A stretch of DNA of 64,000 bases from Felis catus (taxonomy: Eukaryota), in NCBI RefSeq assembly GCF_018350175.1, contig NC_058370.1:125302001-125366000 (forward strand), read 5' to 3'. This document shows, in pieces, positions 38,061-51,405 of this stretch (position 1 is its first letter; every line of letters starts with the position of its first letter). The position numbers and the translations under genes were made by a program. The notes under the pieces were generated by a model. It saw nothing but the letters and a program-made list of their open reading frames with translations. It did not search any database and was not told where the DNA came from.

Positions 38061-39668
38061 TGGATTTAGTGCACTGAAGAGTCAGGCCCCTGGATTGCAC
38101 ATGTGTTGTCATTCCCAAAGATCTACTACATGCCATGAAAAAGATTGGAAATTACCAGGATAATTGTTCATTTGTATAATGGTGATAAGTTTGTATAAAA
38201 AAATTCCCTAAAGTCCAGATTATTTAATTAATTGAACAATCTCATTGTTAGTCCCATCTAGTTTGTACAGATACATATAGCTCTGTACATCCACCTTCGT
38301 GATGTTTATATGTGGATTTAATGAAATGATTTATGATTTGTTTACTTGGAGTTACCAAGTCATGTTTCTATTGAACACCAGGGACTAACAATGGGAATTT
38401 CAACTTAGGAAAAATCCCACCTCACACAGAGGAGAAAGGCTTGTGGTATCAATTTGGGAACACTTTTCTTTTTCTTGATCTAGTGGCCAAGGACAAACCG
38501 GTGACCAGGCATTATTTCCCACAGACGCTTCAGAAACTTATCACTGAAAAGCTAAGCACCCTTCTACTGAGAATTTAGACCACAGCAGCCATGTGTTTAT
38601 AAGCCTTTGCTGTGTTCAGGGAGGAGGTTTCTTACACCACTAAAACTAGGACTTGGTTAGGGATAATGTGGTTCAGGTTCCCATAATTGTATGGGAATTC
38701 CCTGAGTGAAATGTATGGGTCTGGGAAAGATCAGAACTGACAATGCTCAATGACTTCTGATTTCCCAATCCATCAGAATGCCCAGTGGTGTCTCCTTGGC
38801 TATCTGCTCATCAAGCTTTGAGTTGGTAAAATCCTTAGCAGATAAAACAATGCTTCTCACTCTGTGCTGTCATTGAAATCTAAAAGGAGTAGAATGTGTG
38901 TTTGGTCAGTGGAATTGGCAAACAGAGCAGGCTTCTGGGGCATCTGGACATTGTTCATACTGAAACCTTTTATTTGTTCGTTTAGAAACGAACAATCAGG
39001 AAAGCTTCTGCATTTGGGAGATATTTGCAGAACGAGTTCTTTCAGGTTGGGTTTGGCTACAGTCCCGTGTGAAGCACTCGCCCTTCTTACTTCTTACTCA
39101 ACAGATTGTGGATAAACCAGGAAGGCTTTGGCTCCTCAAATTGTTTGATCTTTGTTGCATTGCCCATTTTTGCAGATTCTGACATCTGGAATGTAAATTA
39201 GAACTACACATTTAATATTTCTGTTTAATGTTCATTATTGGTCTCCCCTGAAGATTGTTATTCAGGATTGGCTGCCAAGGGCCTGCTATTCTAATTGACA
39301 GAGTTCTTATCCGGCATTCTGGTTATTCTTCTCTCTTCCTGAGTAGACCAAGAAAGGGATAGTGTACTTCTTCAGTTTTCATTGAAAACAGTAAATCATC
39401 AGAGCTGTGTAAGTTGACATTTGTGCTGAGCATTTCATAAATGTTTGCTGAATGAGCCATTCTAGAGGCTTCTAGAATATTTCCATGTGGAAAATTCTTA
39501 TTTACACTCTAGGAATTTTGGAAAATCAATATTCTAAACCTCAGACACATCATGTTATACATCTTGTTTCACTCAATTCTGTGAGGTTTAATCAGCAAAT
39601 ACTAGACATATGGCTCCAGATGCCATTGAGAATGCAAAGAAAAAGAAGGAATAATATCTACTCTTGAA

Positions 39669-39972
39669 TGATTATTAGTTTGCTAGGATTGCCACAACAA
39701 AACACCCAGAAATAAAATACCACATAATTAAACAACAGAAATTTATTTTTTCACAGTTTGGAGCCTAGAAATCTAAGATAAAGCTGCTGGCAGATATGAT
39801 TTCTTCTAATTCTCACTCTTTGGCTTGTAGACCACCACCTTCTTGCTGTGTCCTCACATTGTCTTGCCTCTGTGCGCACCAATCTCTGGGGCCTCTCTGT
39901 GAGTCCTACTCTCCTCTTCATATAAAGATAAAAGTCATATTGGATTAGGGCCCACCCCATAAACTTCATTTT
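39669..39972 (-). mobile_element. MLT1A-like MaLR LTR, partial and interrupted
   Basis: ATTAGTTTGCTAGG..., AAACAACAGAAATTTATT, AGTCATATTGGATTAGGGCCCACCC. Confidence 0.85.
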
Positions 39973-40200
39973 ATTTATTTATTTTTAAAAACTTTGTTAA
40001 TGTTTATTTATTTTTGAGACAGAGAGAGACAGAGCATGAACGGGGGAGGGTCAGAGAGAGAGGGAGACACAGAATCTGAATCAGGCTCCAGGCTCTGAGC
40101 TGTCAGCACAGAGCCCAACGCGGGGCTCGAACTCACGGGCGCGAGATCATGACCTGAGCGGAAGTCGGACGCTCAACCGGCTGAGCCACCCAGGTGCCCC
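39973..40200 (-). mobile_element. Young CpG-rich Can-SINE (SINEC_Fc)
   Basis: Full body with CpGs retained. Confidence 0.95.
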
Positions 40201-40287
40201 GAGACAGGGACTTTAAAGAAGTAATTAAGTCAAAATGAAGTTTATGAACATTAAAAAAATTAAAACAAAACAAACAAACAAAAAAAA

Positions 40288-40477
40288 GGGGGGCGCCTGG
40301 GTGGCTCAGTCGGTTGAGCGTCCGACTTCCGCTCAGGTCATGATCTCGCGCCCGTAAGTTCGAGCCCCGCGTTGGGCTCTGTGCTGACAGCCTGGAGCCT
40401 GTTTCGGATTCTGCTCGGATTCTGCTCGCCCCGGGGCCTCCTCGCCCCTCACCTCCCTCTCTCTGACCCTCCCCCGT
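40288..40477 (+). mobile_element. Can-SINE, inverted near-copy of 39973-40200, running into the gap
   Basis: Shares the unusual variants GACTTCCGCTCAGG and CTCGCGCCCGT with its neighbour. Confidence 0.8.
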
Positions 40478-40672
40478 NNNNNNNNNNNNNNNNNNNNNNN
40501 NNNNNNNNNNNNNNNNNNNNNNNNNNNNNNNNNNNNNNNNNNNNNNNNNNNNNNNNNNNNNNNNNNNNNNNNNNNNNNNNNNNNNNNNNNNNNNNNNNNN
40601 NNNNNNNNNNNNNNNNNNNNNNNNNNNNNNNNNNNNNNNNNNNNNNNNNNNNNNNNNNNNNNNNNNNNNNNN
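40478..40672. other. Assembly gap (N run)
   Basis: Ns in sequence. Confidence 1.
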
Positions 40673-40967
40673 TTAGTGGTAGATGAGAAACTATACACTG
40701 AATGACTATTACAGAGTCAAAATCAGCCAAATATAGGAGCAAAGTTCTATGGGGATTGAGAGAAGAGAGTGCTCCCATCTGTTTGGAAGAACTGGGTAAA
40801 CCTTTATGGATGAAATGGTTTTGAGATGGATATTGAAACACACATTTTAAAGAATGAACTATTAAATTGAATGATATGAAATGGCTGTTTTAAAAATCAA
40901 AACAGTCAAATGTCAGCAGTATCATATGGTATAACAACACATTTCTTTTCATCCTACTGGTATAGGG

Positions 40968-41165
40968 GAAGGATTGGCAGACTTTTTCTATAAAGAGCCA
41001 GATAGGTTAAATGTTTTAGGTTCTGTGGGCTATGTGGTCTGCTTCACAACTACTCAGCTCTGATATTTCAATAGGCAAAGATCCATAGACAATATGTAAA
41101 CAAATAAGTGTGGCTGTGTTCCAATAAAACTTTATTCACAAAAACACGCAGCAGACACAGCTGGC
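40968..41165 (+). mobile_element. MER58A-like hAT-Charlie MITE
   Basis: TTGGCAGACTTTTTCTATAAAGAGCCAGATAG...GTGGCTGTGTTCCAATAAAACTTTATT. Confidence 0.85.
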
Positions 41166-41989
41166 GAGTGGAGGAGTCAGGTCAGTAACGCAGGTCCCCT
41201 GACTTCTACACTAATGTCCTTTCCTCTATGCCATGTTAATTTTATTTCCTAGGAACTAGCAAGATTCTAAGTAAATATTAGAAGTTTTTTTTTTTTTTAA
41301 TTCAAAACAATCCGTTTGGGAAAATAAAAACTAAAAATGCCCCCATTGCCTCCAAAAAAAAAAAAAAAAAAAAAGAGGACAGGCCAGATCTGGCCTTATG
41401 TAGGGGAATTTTTTTACCCTTAAGGAGAGGAAACTTTAAATTCCCTAACTCTTCCCTTTGCTGAAACACATCTTCCCTGATGCTTTCACAGCCCTGCACC
41501 AGGCACGGAGTTCCTCTTCTCTGACATGCTGATCCCCTCTGTTCCAAAGCAGAGCCTTCCAACATCCAGAGACTGGAGAGAACAGAAAATACCTTGGCTC
41601 CAACTCAATGTTGTCATGTGGTAACAGACCACAAACCTAAGCCACTTCCGCCTTGTCCCTTAACTCTTGGCACATTCTGTGTTTTGTTTCTATTTTATTG
41701 GCTCTTGAGTGGAACTGCAAAAAGACTCGTGGACTCCTTTCATCCAGCGAGGGAAAACAAGCAACCACCTCTCCTCCTAGCCTTCTTGGTACTCCCATTG
41801 CAGAAGGGCTCTTTCACAATATCAGATTTTTCCAGATGACTGAGAATTTCCAGCAAATACAAACAATCCATTGTGGGTGGAGGATATACTAAATACACAT
41901 AGATGCTTCTGTCTTTCACAGGGAAGAAACTGACAGTAACATAACCTCCTGGGGAAGACTTGGTGGTATCCTGGGTACCCGTCTCCTAT

Positions 41990-42430
41990 TAGTTCTTTAC
42001 AAGTATTTATAGAGTGGTTACTCCCCGCCTTTCTAGTACTGGAGGCGGAACTGTAACCGGCCAAGGCAAGATTCTTTTTTACGTGGAGCTTTCATTCAAA
42101 GGGGAGAAGACAGAAAATAAACAAGCAGAAAAGTATATAAATCATATAGTCTCAAATGGTAATTATGATTTATAAAAAAAATAAAACAGGGTAATGGGCT
42201 GCAGATTGAGGGTAGCTGGTTGAGGAATGGTGAAGGGATTTGAACAGAGGAGGGGCTGGCCACGTGATGAACTGCCTTGGAACATTACAAGCAGAGGCAA
42301 GACCAATGCCAGGCTCTGACCTGAGAACAGGTATGGTCCCAGAACAGCAAGGCCAGGGTGGCCGGAGTGGAATGAACTGGAAGGAGAGTAGTGGAGAGCA
42401 GGGTTGGAAATCTGTTCTGAGACTCTGAGG
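41990..42430 (-). mobile_element. L2 fragment
   Basis: CAAGTATTTATAGAGTG...GTGGAGCTTTCATTC...GGCCGGAGTGGAATGAA. Confidence 0.7.
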
Positions 42431-42584
42431 CCCTGGACACCCTGAGGAGCAGGACTCTTTCCCAGATCCCAGCGGCCTCAGACTGAATGCTTTAAAGTTC
42501 TTGTATCCTTTTCACAATGTTTTCTTTTTCTTTACTTTTCTGTAAGTTGTTTTAGCTTATGGATACTCTTTTAGTGCCCCGCTT

Positions 42585-42800
42585 ACTTAAAAAAATTTTT
42601 TTTAACGTTTATTCATTTTTGAGAGATGGAGAGACAGACATGAGTTGGGGAGGGGCAGAGAGAGACACAGAATCCAAAGTAGGCTCCAGGCTCCGAGCTG
42701 TCAGCACAGAGCCCAATGCAGGGCTTGAACCCATGAACGGCAAGATCATGACCTGAGCTGAAGTCGGATGCCCAACCAACCGAGCCACCCAGGCTCCCTG
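42585..42800 (-). mobile_element. Can-SINE (SINEC_Fc-like)
   Basis: TSD TTAGTGC(C/T)CCGCTT at 42571-42584 and 42801-42814. Confidence 0.95.
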
Positions 42801-44199
42801 TTAGTGCTCCGCTTCTGATCTTGGAATGAGACAGTAGATAATTAGTCTTCTTGAAACCTATGGCAGAAGATCAAATTGAGCTCCCAATAAGAATGTGAGA
42901 GATTCTTCCATGGTAAATGCATGGCGTGTCTGAGAGCCCCTCACACGCTCAGTGCCTTTTCCATACACCTCTCAGCTGTGTCCTTGCTAGTTAAGGCTGC
43001 TGAGTGTCTGACTTCTGGGTGAGAGCAAAGGTGCCATAGGAACACAGTCTCCTTCCTTTACAATTGTATCTCACACACTCCTATGTCTTTAGAGAGAAAT
43101 TGAGTAGATTTCTAAAGGAAAATGGTTGTCACAGTAATTGCAACTTTCTGTGATTTGATATAAGCAGGAAAGAGCACGGTGGCTGAACACGGGGTTTAAT
43201 GTCCACTTAGTTTTCCTCCTTCCTTCTTCTTGAGTTTTTATGAACATTCGTTATAGAAAACATCTTTTCTTTCTGCTTCTTCTAATGCTGTTGGTACCAA
43301 GAAGATGAGCAATAAAACCATTTCTGTTCCCCTGTCTATGAAAGAAGCAGCAGTTGAAAAGGGCAGGATTTCCATCAGGATGGGAAAGAGGATGTTGAAT
43401 GTTAAAAGGCCTGCATCCCTTAAAGCCTGAATGTCTCCAGGTCTCAGCTCCCTTTTCTGTTGCTGTTTTCTCCCTCATATTCTTGTACCATGATGTTATA
43501 CCATGGGATGCTGCCAATACTGGTTTTTCCTCTGCACATGCAATTTTTAAAGCTCTATTTTCATTTTATATTTTCAGAACCACTGAAGACCAGAATACTG
43601 TTTGGCAGGATCGACATTGATTTTACCACCAGGTGCAGGGGACAGCAGCCATGAGTGACCTCAGGGACACATCATAACCCTGCTACATCCTCCCCATGCC
43701 CTGCCCTGAAATCCTATCACAACAGCTATAATATTTGACTTTGAGTTTTTGTCTCACATTAAAATGTAAATGCCCAGGGGAAGAGTAATGCCTTACACTT
43801 TCTCTATGCATTTATCCCTTAGAGGGGAGTTAGACATTTTACTGACATTAGGTTTTTATAAGAGGAAGAGAGGAGAGTGTGAGAACACAGGAATGCGTGA
43901 AACTCAGGAAGTTGGGGTTGAGATTGGGGGTGGTTTCTGGTGCAGGTGAAGGGGAGATTTGAGGGAGATGACTCAAAAAGAGAAGCTAGAAACATCAAAG
44001 ACAAATTTGGCTAACGTCACAATCATCTATAGCTCAGGCCTCAGGAAATACCATTGGGCTAACTGTTCCCTTCCTTGGCTCATTAACCTTGACATTGATT
44101 TCCTCCCTTCTGCCCAATGCACCATGTCATAGCCAAGGACCTCTACCCTTATTCAGTACGATTTGCTAGGATGGCTGAGTCCAAGTTTCAGAATCATCT

Positions 44200-44620
44200 C
44201 ATGACTTTGTGCATTTATTCTATTGTTTGGCTCCCTTTCAATGCATATTATAAATAAAAGCTAATCCAACCATTATTGGCTTGGCTGACCATTGACCATT
44301 TTCTGTTACTACTGTCCCCTCCTGCATGCAGGTAATCCTTTTCCAAGTCACAAAGCTCTTCCCTCATCCATCTCCCTTTCTTGAGCCATTTTTTTTATCT
44401 TGCACCCTACCTCACCCACCTTCGTTGACTCTTCTCCTTGACCACTAATCCCAGATGTGGAATCTTATCAAATCTTATTTAAAATCAAAGTACTCTTTAT
44501 ACAACCACTAAATCTCCTTCATCTTTCATGACAGAGATATCTCAAGGAAACTCTATCCGATTTGTTCGACATGACCTCCTCTGCCTGGGTCCTTGCAGCC
44601 TTCCTTCAATAAAGTGGGCT
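44200..44620 (-). mobile_element. Probable L3/CR1 reverse-transcriptase relic
   Basis: The reverse complement at about 44465-44494 reads as a frameshifted YxDFxKAFDK RT motif; adjacent GATTTGTTCGACATGACC is CR1-like. Confidence 0.45.
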
Positions 44621-45919
44621 TTTCCAGCTGTTCTCCTTCTACATCTTTTAAGAATACTTTCAAGAACTCATCTACTACATCCCTTCTATTCCTAAACAAA
44701 CCAGATGTTACCCATGCTGGTCTTCTATCTCCCTGCTTGTCTTAAGAGGGATCTTAAAAGAAATATGAAGGATGGATCTGGCTATTTTCAAATCCTTAGG
44801 AATTACTTCAAAATGAATGAATTTCAGTTACTGCCTCTTTACCTTGTCCGCTCTTCCCATGATTGTAAATTTAAAAAAAAGCCATATGTTGTTTTCTACT
44901 GCATTAGATGATGTACTTGTATTAGGTCATAGTTTTTTTGAAGCATGTCTCTAAGTCAATTATCCTCAAATGTAAATTTGGAATTTGAGGCATCTCAGCC
45001 CATTCCTTTCAATATATTACATGCCTCAGTTCAGAACCAAGATGAATGTAGATAACCTAGAATAAAGCCGCACCTTGAGCAATTTGAGTGAGTGGATTAA
45101 TTTTCTTTTGTTTTAATCCTGTATTAGATACACTTTTTAACTCTCTGGAACAGTTGGATAATCACAAGTTTCCTCCCTCTAGGCAAAGCCCACCCCACAG
45201 AGTGAAATATACACTGCTAACAGCAAGCAGATCCCAAAGACAGGAGAGAGATACAGGGTCTGAGCCAAGTTCACCACTCAGAAAAGGCATTTCTCCCCAA
45301 AGAGTAGGATGCTTAAGACATGGGGGAGGGGCTGATGGAAGAATTCCTTGATATGGAAGTTCAAATGGTGGGGAATAGGTTCTCCAGGAATGTCAAGTTG
45401 AATATGAATTGGCTGTTTGTTTTACATTACAGATTCCACAGGTCCAATCTTGATTCAAGATCTCTATCCAAATATATAAAAGAATCCCAAATGATCCTGA
45501 TGCAGGAGGTTAGTGAACCCCACTTTGGTAAGATATTCTCCATAAAAGGGATTATACTGTTGAATGTTTTGGAAACACTGTATCAAAAAAATTAAGCACA
45601 TTTCTTTCTCAATTTATAGTATTACAAATGTTTGAGAGGAGGGCACATGGTATTTTCTGAACTTTTTTTTAACCGTATCTATTAATCACTTGAGGGACAC
45701 TACTGCATTTTCTCACAGTTTGAAAAGCGCAGGGTTGAGTTTTGTCTGCAACAAAAGGGGTAATATTATCAGCTGTACTGGTTAGAACACACCTGTCGTG
45801 GTGCTATTATACACTTTAAGGCAGTTGCTGAAAAAAGAAGAGCAGGTTGAAAGAAGAGCAAATAGGATACTTAGCTGTTTGCTAATCATATCACCTGAAC
45901 AATGGTTGAAAGAGACTTA

Positions 45920-46640
45920 AGAGACTCCTAGACTAAAATGGAAGCTCAAATATGCGTATCTAAAGTCACCTCCTTGTCAAGACCCCACCAAAGCTGTGGG
46001 GAGGAGAGGCAAAGAACTGGGAGGTAAAGAGGGAAGACAACAATTATATTTGGAAGCAGGGAAGCATATAGAAAATAGTAACTGAGCTAGCAAACCAAAC
46101 AGCTGAATCCAAAACCAGAGTGATTATCTCTCACAGATTCCTCAGAATGCTCAGGATGGACAGCTGCAGTTACCCTTGTCACAGGGCATAGTGGTAGGAA
46201 CAAAAATAGAATTGGGTAAAAACCATTGACAGAGCAGTCAGATTTCTAGCTCTTCTAAAATCTGTGCCATTGGCAAACTGACCCTCCCCAAGCTCACAGA
46301 GGACTAGATGTTTATTCTCTGAAGAGGGTGAAACAGAAGAACTTTGAATTGGGGGTTGGCTGGTGCAAATGTTGGTGTAATTGAAGATGGAGTGTCCTGC
46401 TGAAAACAAAGAGGTAACCAAGCTCTATACATATCAATGCTGAATGCTGAGTTCCCCAGTCCTTTCCCCTCCAGGCCCAGCAAGTCTCCTAGGATACAAA
46501 TGCTGTAAGCAAGAAATTCAAAGAATATATGTTAAGGAATCTTATTATCTCCAAAGGAAAGACTAAAACCAAGGCTCCTCTGCAAAGAGCCAACCAGGTC
46601 ACTCTACAGGGAAGCTCAACATCAACACACCCCACTCACA
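45920..46640 (+). mobile_element. Possible ancient L1 (L1ME-type) 5'UTR fragment
   Basis: Compositional and motif resemblance only. Confidence 0.4.
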
Positions 46641-46699
46641 ACTGGATGCAACAAGATCCCCAGTTTGCAGGCAGTTCCAGCACCTTGCTTCTCCCCATT

Positions 46700-47105
46700 T
46701 AGGCAGTATTTATTTCTCCTCCTCGTTAGACTGGATGAGATTTTGTGACTACCTCAATAAATGAAATGTGTTGCATGATTTTGTAGGCGAGGTCATAAAA
46801 GGTGACGCGCCTTCTGCCTGATCCTTTGTCTATCTGGATTCTTGACCTTAGAATCTTGCCATTGTGCTGTGAGGAAGCCCTAACCAGCCCCCTGAAGAGG
46901 AACTGAGCCCTCAGCCAAGAGTTACTTTCAACTACAAGACCCATGAGTGATGGGTTCCAGCCCCCATCCTTGGAAGCTTTCAGCTCAGGTTTCTGACGGT
47001 GTGAAGCAGAAAGACCATCTTTGCTTTGCTCTGTCCAAATTCCTGACCCATAGAATCCATGAACATAATGAATGGGTGTTTGGGACCACAACACTTTGGA
47101 ATACA
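46700..47105 (+). mobile_element. MLT1 (F/G/H-like) MaLR LTR
   Basis: GAGGTCATAAAAGG, GCTGTGAGGAAGCCC, GAGGAACTGAG, CCAAATTCCTGACCCATAGAATCCATGA. Confidence 0.85.
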
Positions 47106-48479
47106 CATTAATTAAATATTTAAAGAGTTAAGCTTACAATAATTAGTTTGGAAGTTCCATTCCATAAATTTTTCAAGATCCTTAGGGGAAGCTATTTGCC
47201 ATCCTGAAATTTAGAAGAACGGTGTTTGTGTGTATATGAGGAGCAGGGAGATCAGATTATGATGGACAGTAAATAGGTACAGTACTCTGTGTGATCCAAA
47301 ATTCTCTTAAGAGCTTTTCTGGAATTTTAAACAATTTTCTTTTTTCTTTGATATTAAAAAAAAAAAAAAAAGAGTAGAGGATGAGACAAAAACTCATTAC
47401 CAGAATAAGTTTCAGGATTTCATAAAATGAAGAGAAAGTTTTGAATAGGCTGTATAGGAATTCACAAACTACTTATAATACATTCCAGAGCTCAGCAACT
47501 TTTTTTCATATTGCCTGCTGTTTAAGATTATCTTCATCACTGCTGCATTCAGTTACAGGTGGGGACATTATTTTGGAAACCTCTCTTTGTATTGTCTTTG
47601 TAACCTAGATCTATTGCCCATGACATTTTAGCTATTTAATAACTCTACTGTTCCAACAAAACCTCCCCAAGGAGTACTTCAAGCTCCCAGTGTCCCACCA
47701 ACCTAAGCTCTCCATAGGAGCAATGAAAAACCACAGGTGCGAGAAATCTGAGGATTTTTTTCTCTGAGAGGTCTCTTTTCAGTCAGCTCTGTTTTTGTCT
47801 TAAAATAGATCTTAAGCTCTAAGGAGTAGTTAATCTTAGAAATTCAGAAATGGAAGATTAACCCCCAAAGATTAAGTGATTATCTAAATATGTTAATTCT
47901 GTGTGATTGTTAATTTATTACCCTCTGTCCTCATGATGAATGGCAATCAATCTTGCAAAATTCATACCAATTATTTTTATCTGATGAGAACAAAAATTTT
48001 GTTGTTAGGAAAATAGATATCTTTTCTCCAAATGAAGAACAAAAAGATAAAACCATGCTCCTGTAGCTTATAAAAGGTGTGAAAGAGATTCTGAAGTTCC
48101 ACGACTCACTCATGTGGTGTGACATTTTTCATTTGGAAAAATATTGTTTTCCACTTGCACTTACAGTAAAAATAGGATTCTGATATTTATAGAAATGAAA
48201 AATCTTTATTTTTCTTTCTCCTCCCAAAGAGATTTAGGGTTACCGAATCACTGGCAAACCCTATTGAGTCAAGAGATATTTGCTGTACGTCAGTTTTTTC
48301 TAGGATTTTTTTGTTGGTTCTGGAGACACAAAGACAAGTTCGTTAGACCTGTAATGTGTGTTCAAAAAGCTTCCAGTCAAATAGGGAGGTAAAAACAATT
48401 AAAATGTAAGGTAGAAAGTGAGATGGACCATATGGGTGGTAGAAACATGGAGTAAAGAAGAGAGAGAGAAGCTTTGTGG

Positions 48480-49110
48480 TTGGTGGTGAGAAAGGGTAGT
48501 GTGATAAAGGGGAAGAGGAATCAGATAAAGGCAGATCATGCTGGAGGTGAGCTCAAAGGACCCAAAAAGGATTTTTTCAAATGAACAATCAAGGTTTGAA
48601 TTTGGCTGGAACATCCAAACTAAATGTACATCTGTATCAGTGGGGTCCTTCTAACAGGGGAGATTCCTAGACCCTACACCAGATTTGAAGGCCCAGCTTC
48701 CATTGGGGAGGAAATGGGTACCCATGTTTTTAAAAGGCTGATCTTGAGACTGTTGCTACAGCTGGATTGGGGAATCTCTGGGCTGAAGTGCAACATTCAT
48801 AATGAGGAATGTTGGACACAAAGTTGAAGAGGTTGGTTGGTGCCAAATCCTAAAGGGCAATGACATCCAGAATATATATGGACTTTACTCATTAGTTAAT
48901 GGGGTGCCAAGAAAAACCCTTGAGGAAGGAAATCACAAATCACAGTGGTGATTCAGGGACAGGGATCTGCTGCTGTGTCTAGCATGGATCAGGAAGGAAG
49001 GATACCAGAGGTAGGGAGAGTGAGTAGGCACTACCTATAATTTCTTAGGACAAGGTAATGGAAGCATGAAATTTAGGAGTAGCAACAGCAGGGCTGGGGA
49101 GGAAAGCATG
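48480..49110 (-). mobile_element. L2 fragment with a probable MER5-like insert (about 48620-48785)
   Basis: L2 antisense motifs flanking GGAGATTCCTAGACCCTACACCAGA. Confidence 0.5.
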
Positions 49111-49885
49111 GGTGAGCTTCTAATCTCATTCACTCTTGTCATTTACTTGAGTTCCTGTGATGTCTCTTGCTTTGATGTTGCCTCCCATTGAAGATGCTCT
49201 CACTAAATCCTTAGTTACTCCTGACCCAAGTTCTTGCTTTTTGGTTAAAACACATTGTGCTTAAATGCATGCGATTGTTATTGCTGTCATTATTTTAAGA
49301 AAAAAAAGTACATTCAGGCCATTGAGTCTTTTGGATTCCAGGATGCTTAAGAATGTCTCAACTCGGGATGCAGCCGATGCTTTGCCAAATGAGACAAGTC
49401 AAAGATTGGCAGAAGCTGTTGAATTTTGTATGTACCCAGCACATTGCATAATTATGAGTGGGCATATCGTAATCATGTAAAAGGTCTTGATTATTGATTT
49501 GAGCTCCATTTCCAGTTTCTGAAACTTTTGACTCTGTCCCTTGATTCTCTTGAGAAGTCAGGAAATGTTTTTCTGCTATATTTGCTCTCTGATAATCCTT
49601 TCTCCCCTCACCCAGCCAATTTTCATAGACTTAATGAGGCCTGATTACCCAGGTCTCACATCTCACAAAGTAGTCCCTTTAGAGGAGTAAGAAGGAGCCT
49701 GAGACTTCTCATAGCAATTGCCTTGCTTTGAGCACGTTGCATCTATTTGGAAAAAGGTGTAAATATTTGGCATATTACTGGTCTTTCATATGAATCCTTG
49801 CAATAGGTAGAAGCACGTATTCCTAGTTTCTCTGTATAAAGAGACATAAGTAAAAAGAAGAAAAGGGAAATGAATGTCCTTGTAC

Positions 49886-50171
49886 TTTTTTATTTTTTAA
49901 GTTTTTATTTAAATTCTAGTTAGTTTACATACAGTGTAATATTAGTTTTAGGTGTACAATATAGTGATTCAACACTTCCATACAGTACCTGGTGCTCATC
50001 ACGACAAATGCACTCCTTAATCCCCATCACCTATTTAATCCCCCATCCACTTCCCTTCTGATGACTGTCAGCTTGTTCTTTATAGTTAAGAATCTGTTTC
50101 TTGGTTTACCTCTCTCTCTCTCTCTCTCTTTTTTTGCACATTTGTTTTATTTTTTTTTTAAGTTTATTTAT

Positions 50172-50208
<37 letters not shown>

Positions 50209-50830
50209 CCCAAGCAAGCTCCAAACTGTAAGCACGGAGCCCGACACAGGGCTTGATCTCATGAACCATGAGATCATGACCTGAACCTAAATCAAGAGTC
50301 AGATACTTAACTGACTGCCCTTCATTTGTTTTGTGTCTTAAATTCCACATGTAAGTGAAATCATATGGTATTTGTCTTTGTCTGACTTATTTCACTTAGC
50401 TTAATACTCTCTAGCTCTATTCATGTTGTTGCAAATGGCAAGATTTCATTCTTTTTATGGCTAAGTAATATTCCATTATATATATAAAACATATCTTTAT
50501 CCATTCATTAGTCTATGGACACTTGAACTGGTTTCCATAATTTGGCTATTGTAGATAATGCTGTTATAAACATAGGGTTGCATGTATCCCTTCGAATTAG
50601 TCTTTTTGTATTCTTTGGGTAAATATCTAGTAGTGTGATTGCTGCATCCTAGGGTAATTTTATTTTTGACTTTTTGAGGAACCTCCATACTTTTTTCCAC
50701 AGTGTTTGTACCAGTTTGCAGGGCAAGAGGGTTCCCCTTTCGCACATCCTCACCAACACCTGTTTCTTGTGTTGTTGATTTTAGCCACTTTGGCAGGTGT
50801 GAGGTGATATCTCATTGTGGTTTTGATTTG
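49886..50830 (-). mobile_element. Carnivore L1 (L1_Carn/L1MA9-like) 3' end, 5'-truncated
   Basis: T-rich tail, GGTGTACAATATAGTGATTCAACACTT, AAATTCCACATGTAAGTGAAATCATATGGTATTTGTC; ORF2 C-terminal remnant MRYHLTP. Confidence 0.92.
50149..50320 (-). mobile_element. Can-SINE nested in L1 (head partly deleted)
   Basis: TSD CATTTGTTTT at 50139-50148 and 50323-50332. Confidence 0.9.
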
Positions 50831-51004
50831 GGAAGTGCTATGTTTTTTTAAATGGAACATCAAGGGAAGACAAAAATTACCTGCCTCAAAAATGTATTGG
50901 TTTAATGAATTCAATTTAAACTTAATCCCAAAAATAGAATAGAACAAAATGCAAAGTAATCAGGAGAAGAACTTAAAATTACCTACTGTGATCTCTATGG
51001 TTCC

Positions 51005-51405
51005 TGTTACAGACTAGATGGTGGTTCCCTGCCCTCCCAAATTCATATATTGAAGCTCTAGCCTCCAGTAACTCAGAATATGACTATATTTGGAGAAGCG
51101 GTGATTATGTTAAAATGAGGCTGTCAGGGTGCATCCTAATCCAGTCTGATTGGTGTCCTTATAAAAAGGAAATGTAGACACACAGAAGAAACCCCAGGGA
51201 TGCATGCAGAGAGAGGGATGGATGGCCATTTAAGGACAAGTGGGAAGGCAGCCATCTGCAAGCCAAGGAGAGAGCTCAAGAGAAACTATACCTGCCAACA
51301 CCTTTATCTTGGACCTCCAGCCTCCAGACCTGCAGAAAAAAGCATTGCTGTTTAGGCTGCCCAGTCGGCAGTATGTTGCTATGACATCCCTAGCAGACTA
51401 AGCCA
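51005..51405 (+). mobile_element. MLT1A/B-like solo LTR, full length
   Basis: TG...CA termini with 5-bp TSD GTTCC/GTCCC; CCTAATCCAGTCTGATTGGTGTCCTTATAA; GCCATCTGCAAGCCAAGGAGAGAG. Confidence 0.9.

Noticed and set aside
40333-40841. ORFs of 104-130 aa
   Set aside because: SINE sequence plus an N-gap.
41381-41396. Perfect 16-bp palindrome AGGCCAGATCTGGCCT (also a 14-bp one at 59197-59210)
   Set aside because: About one 16-bp and about four 14-bp palindromes are expected by chance in 64 kb.
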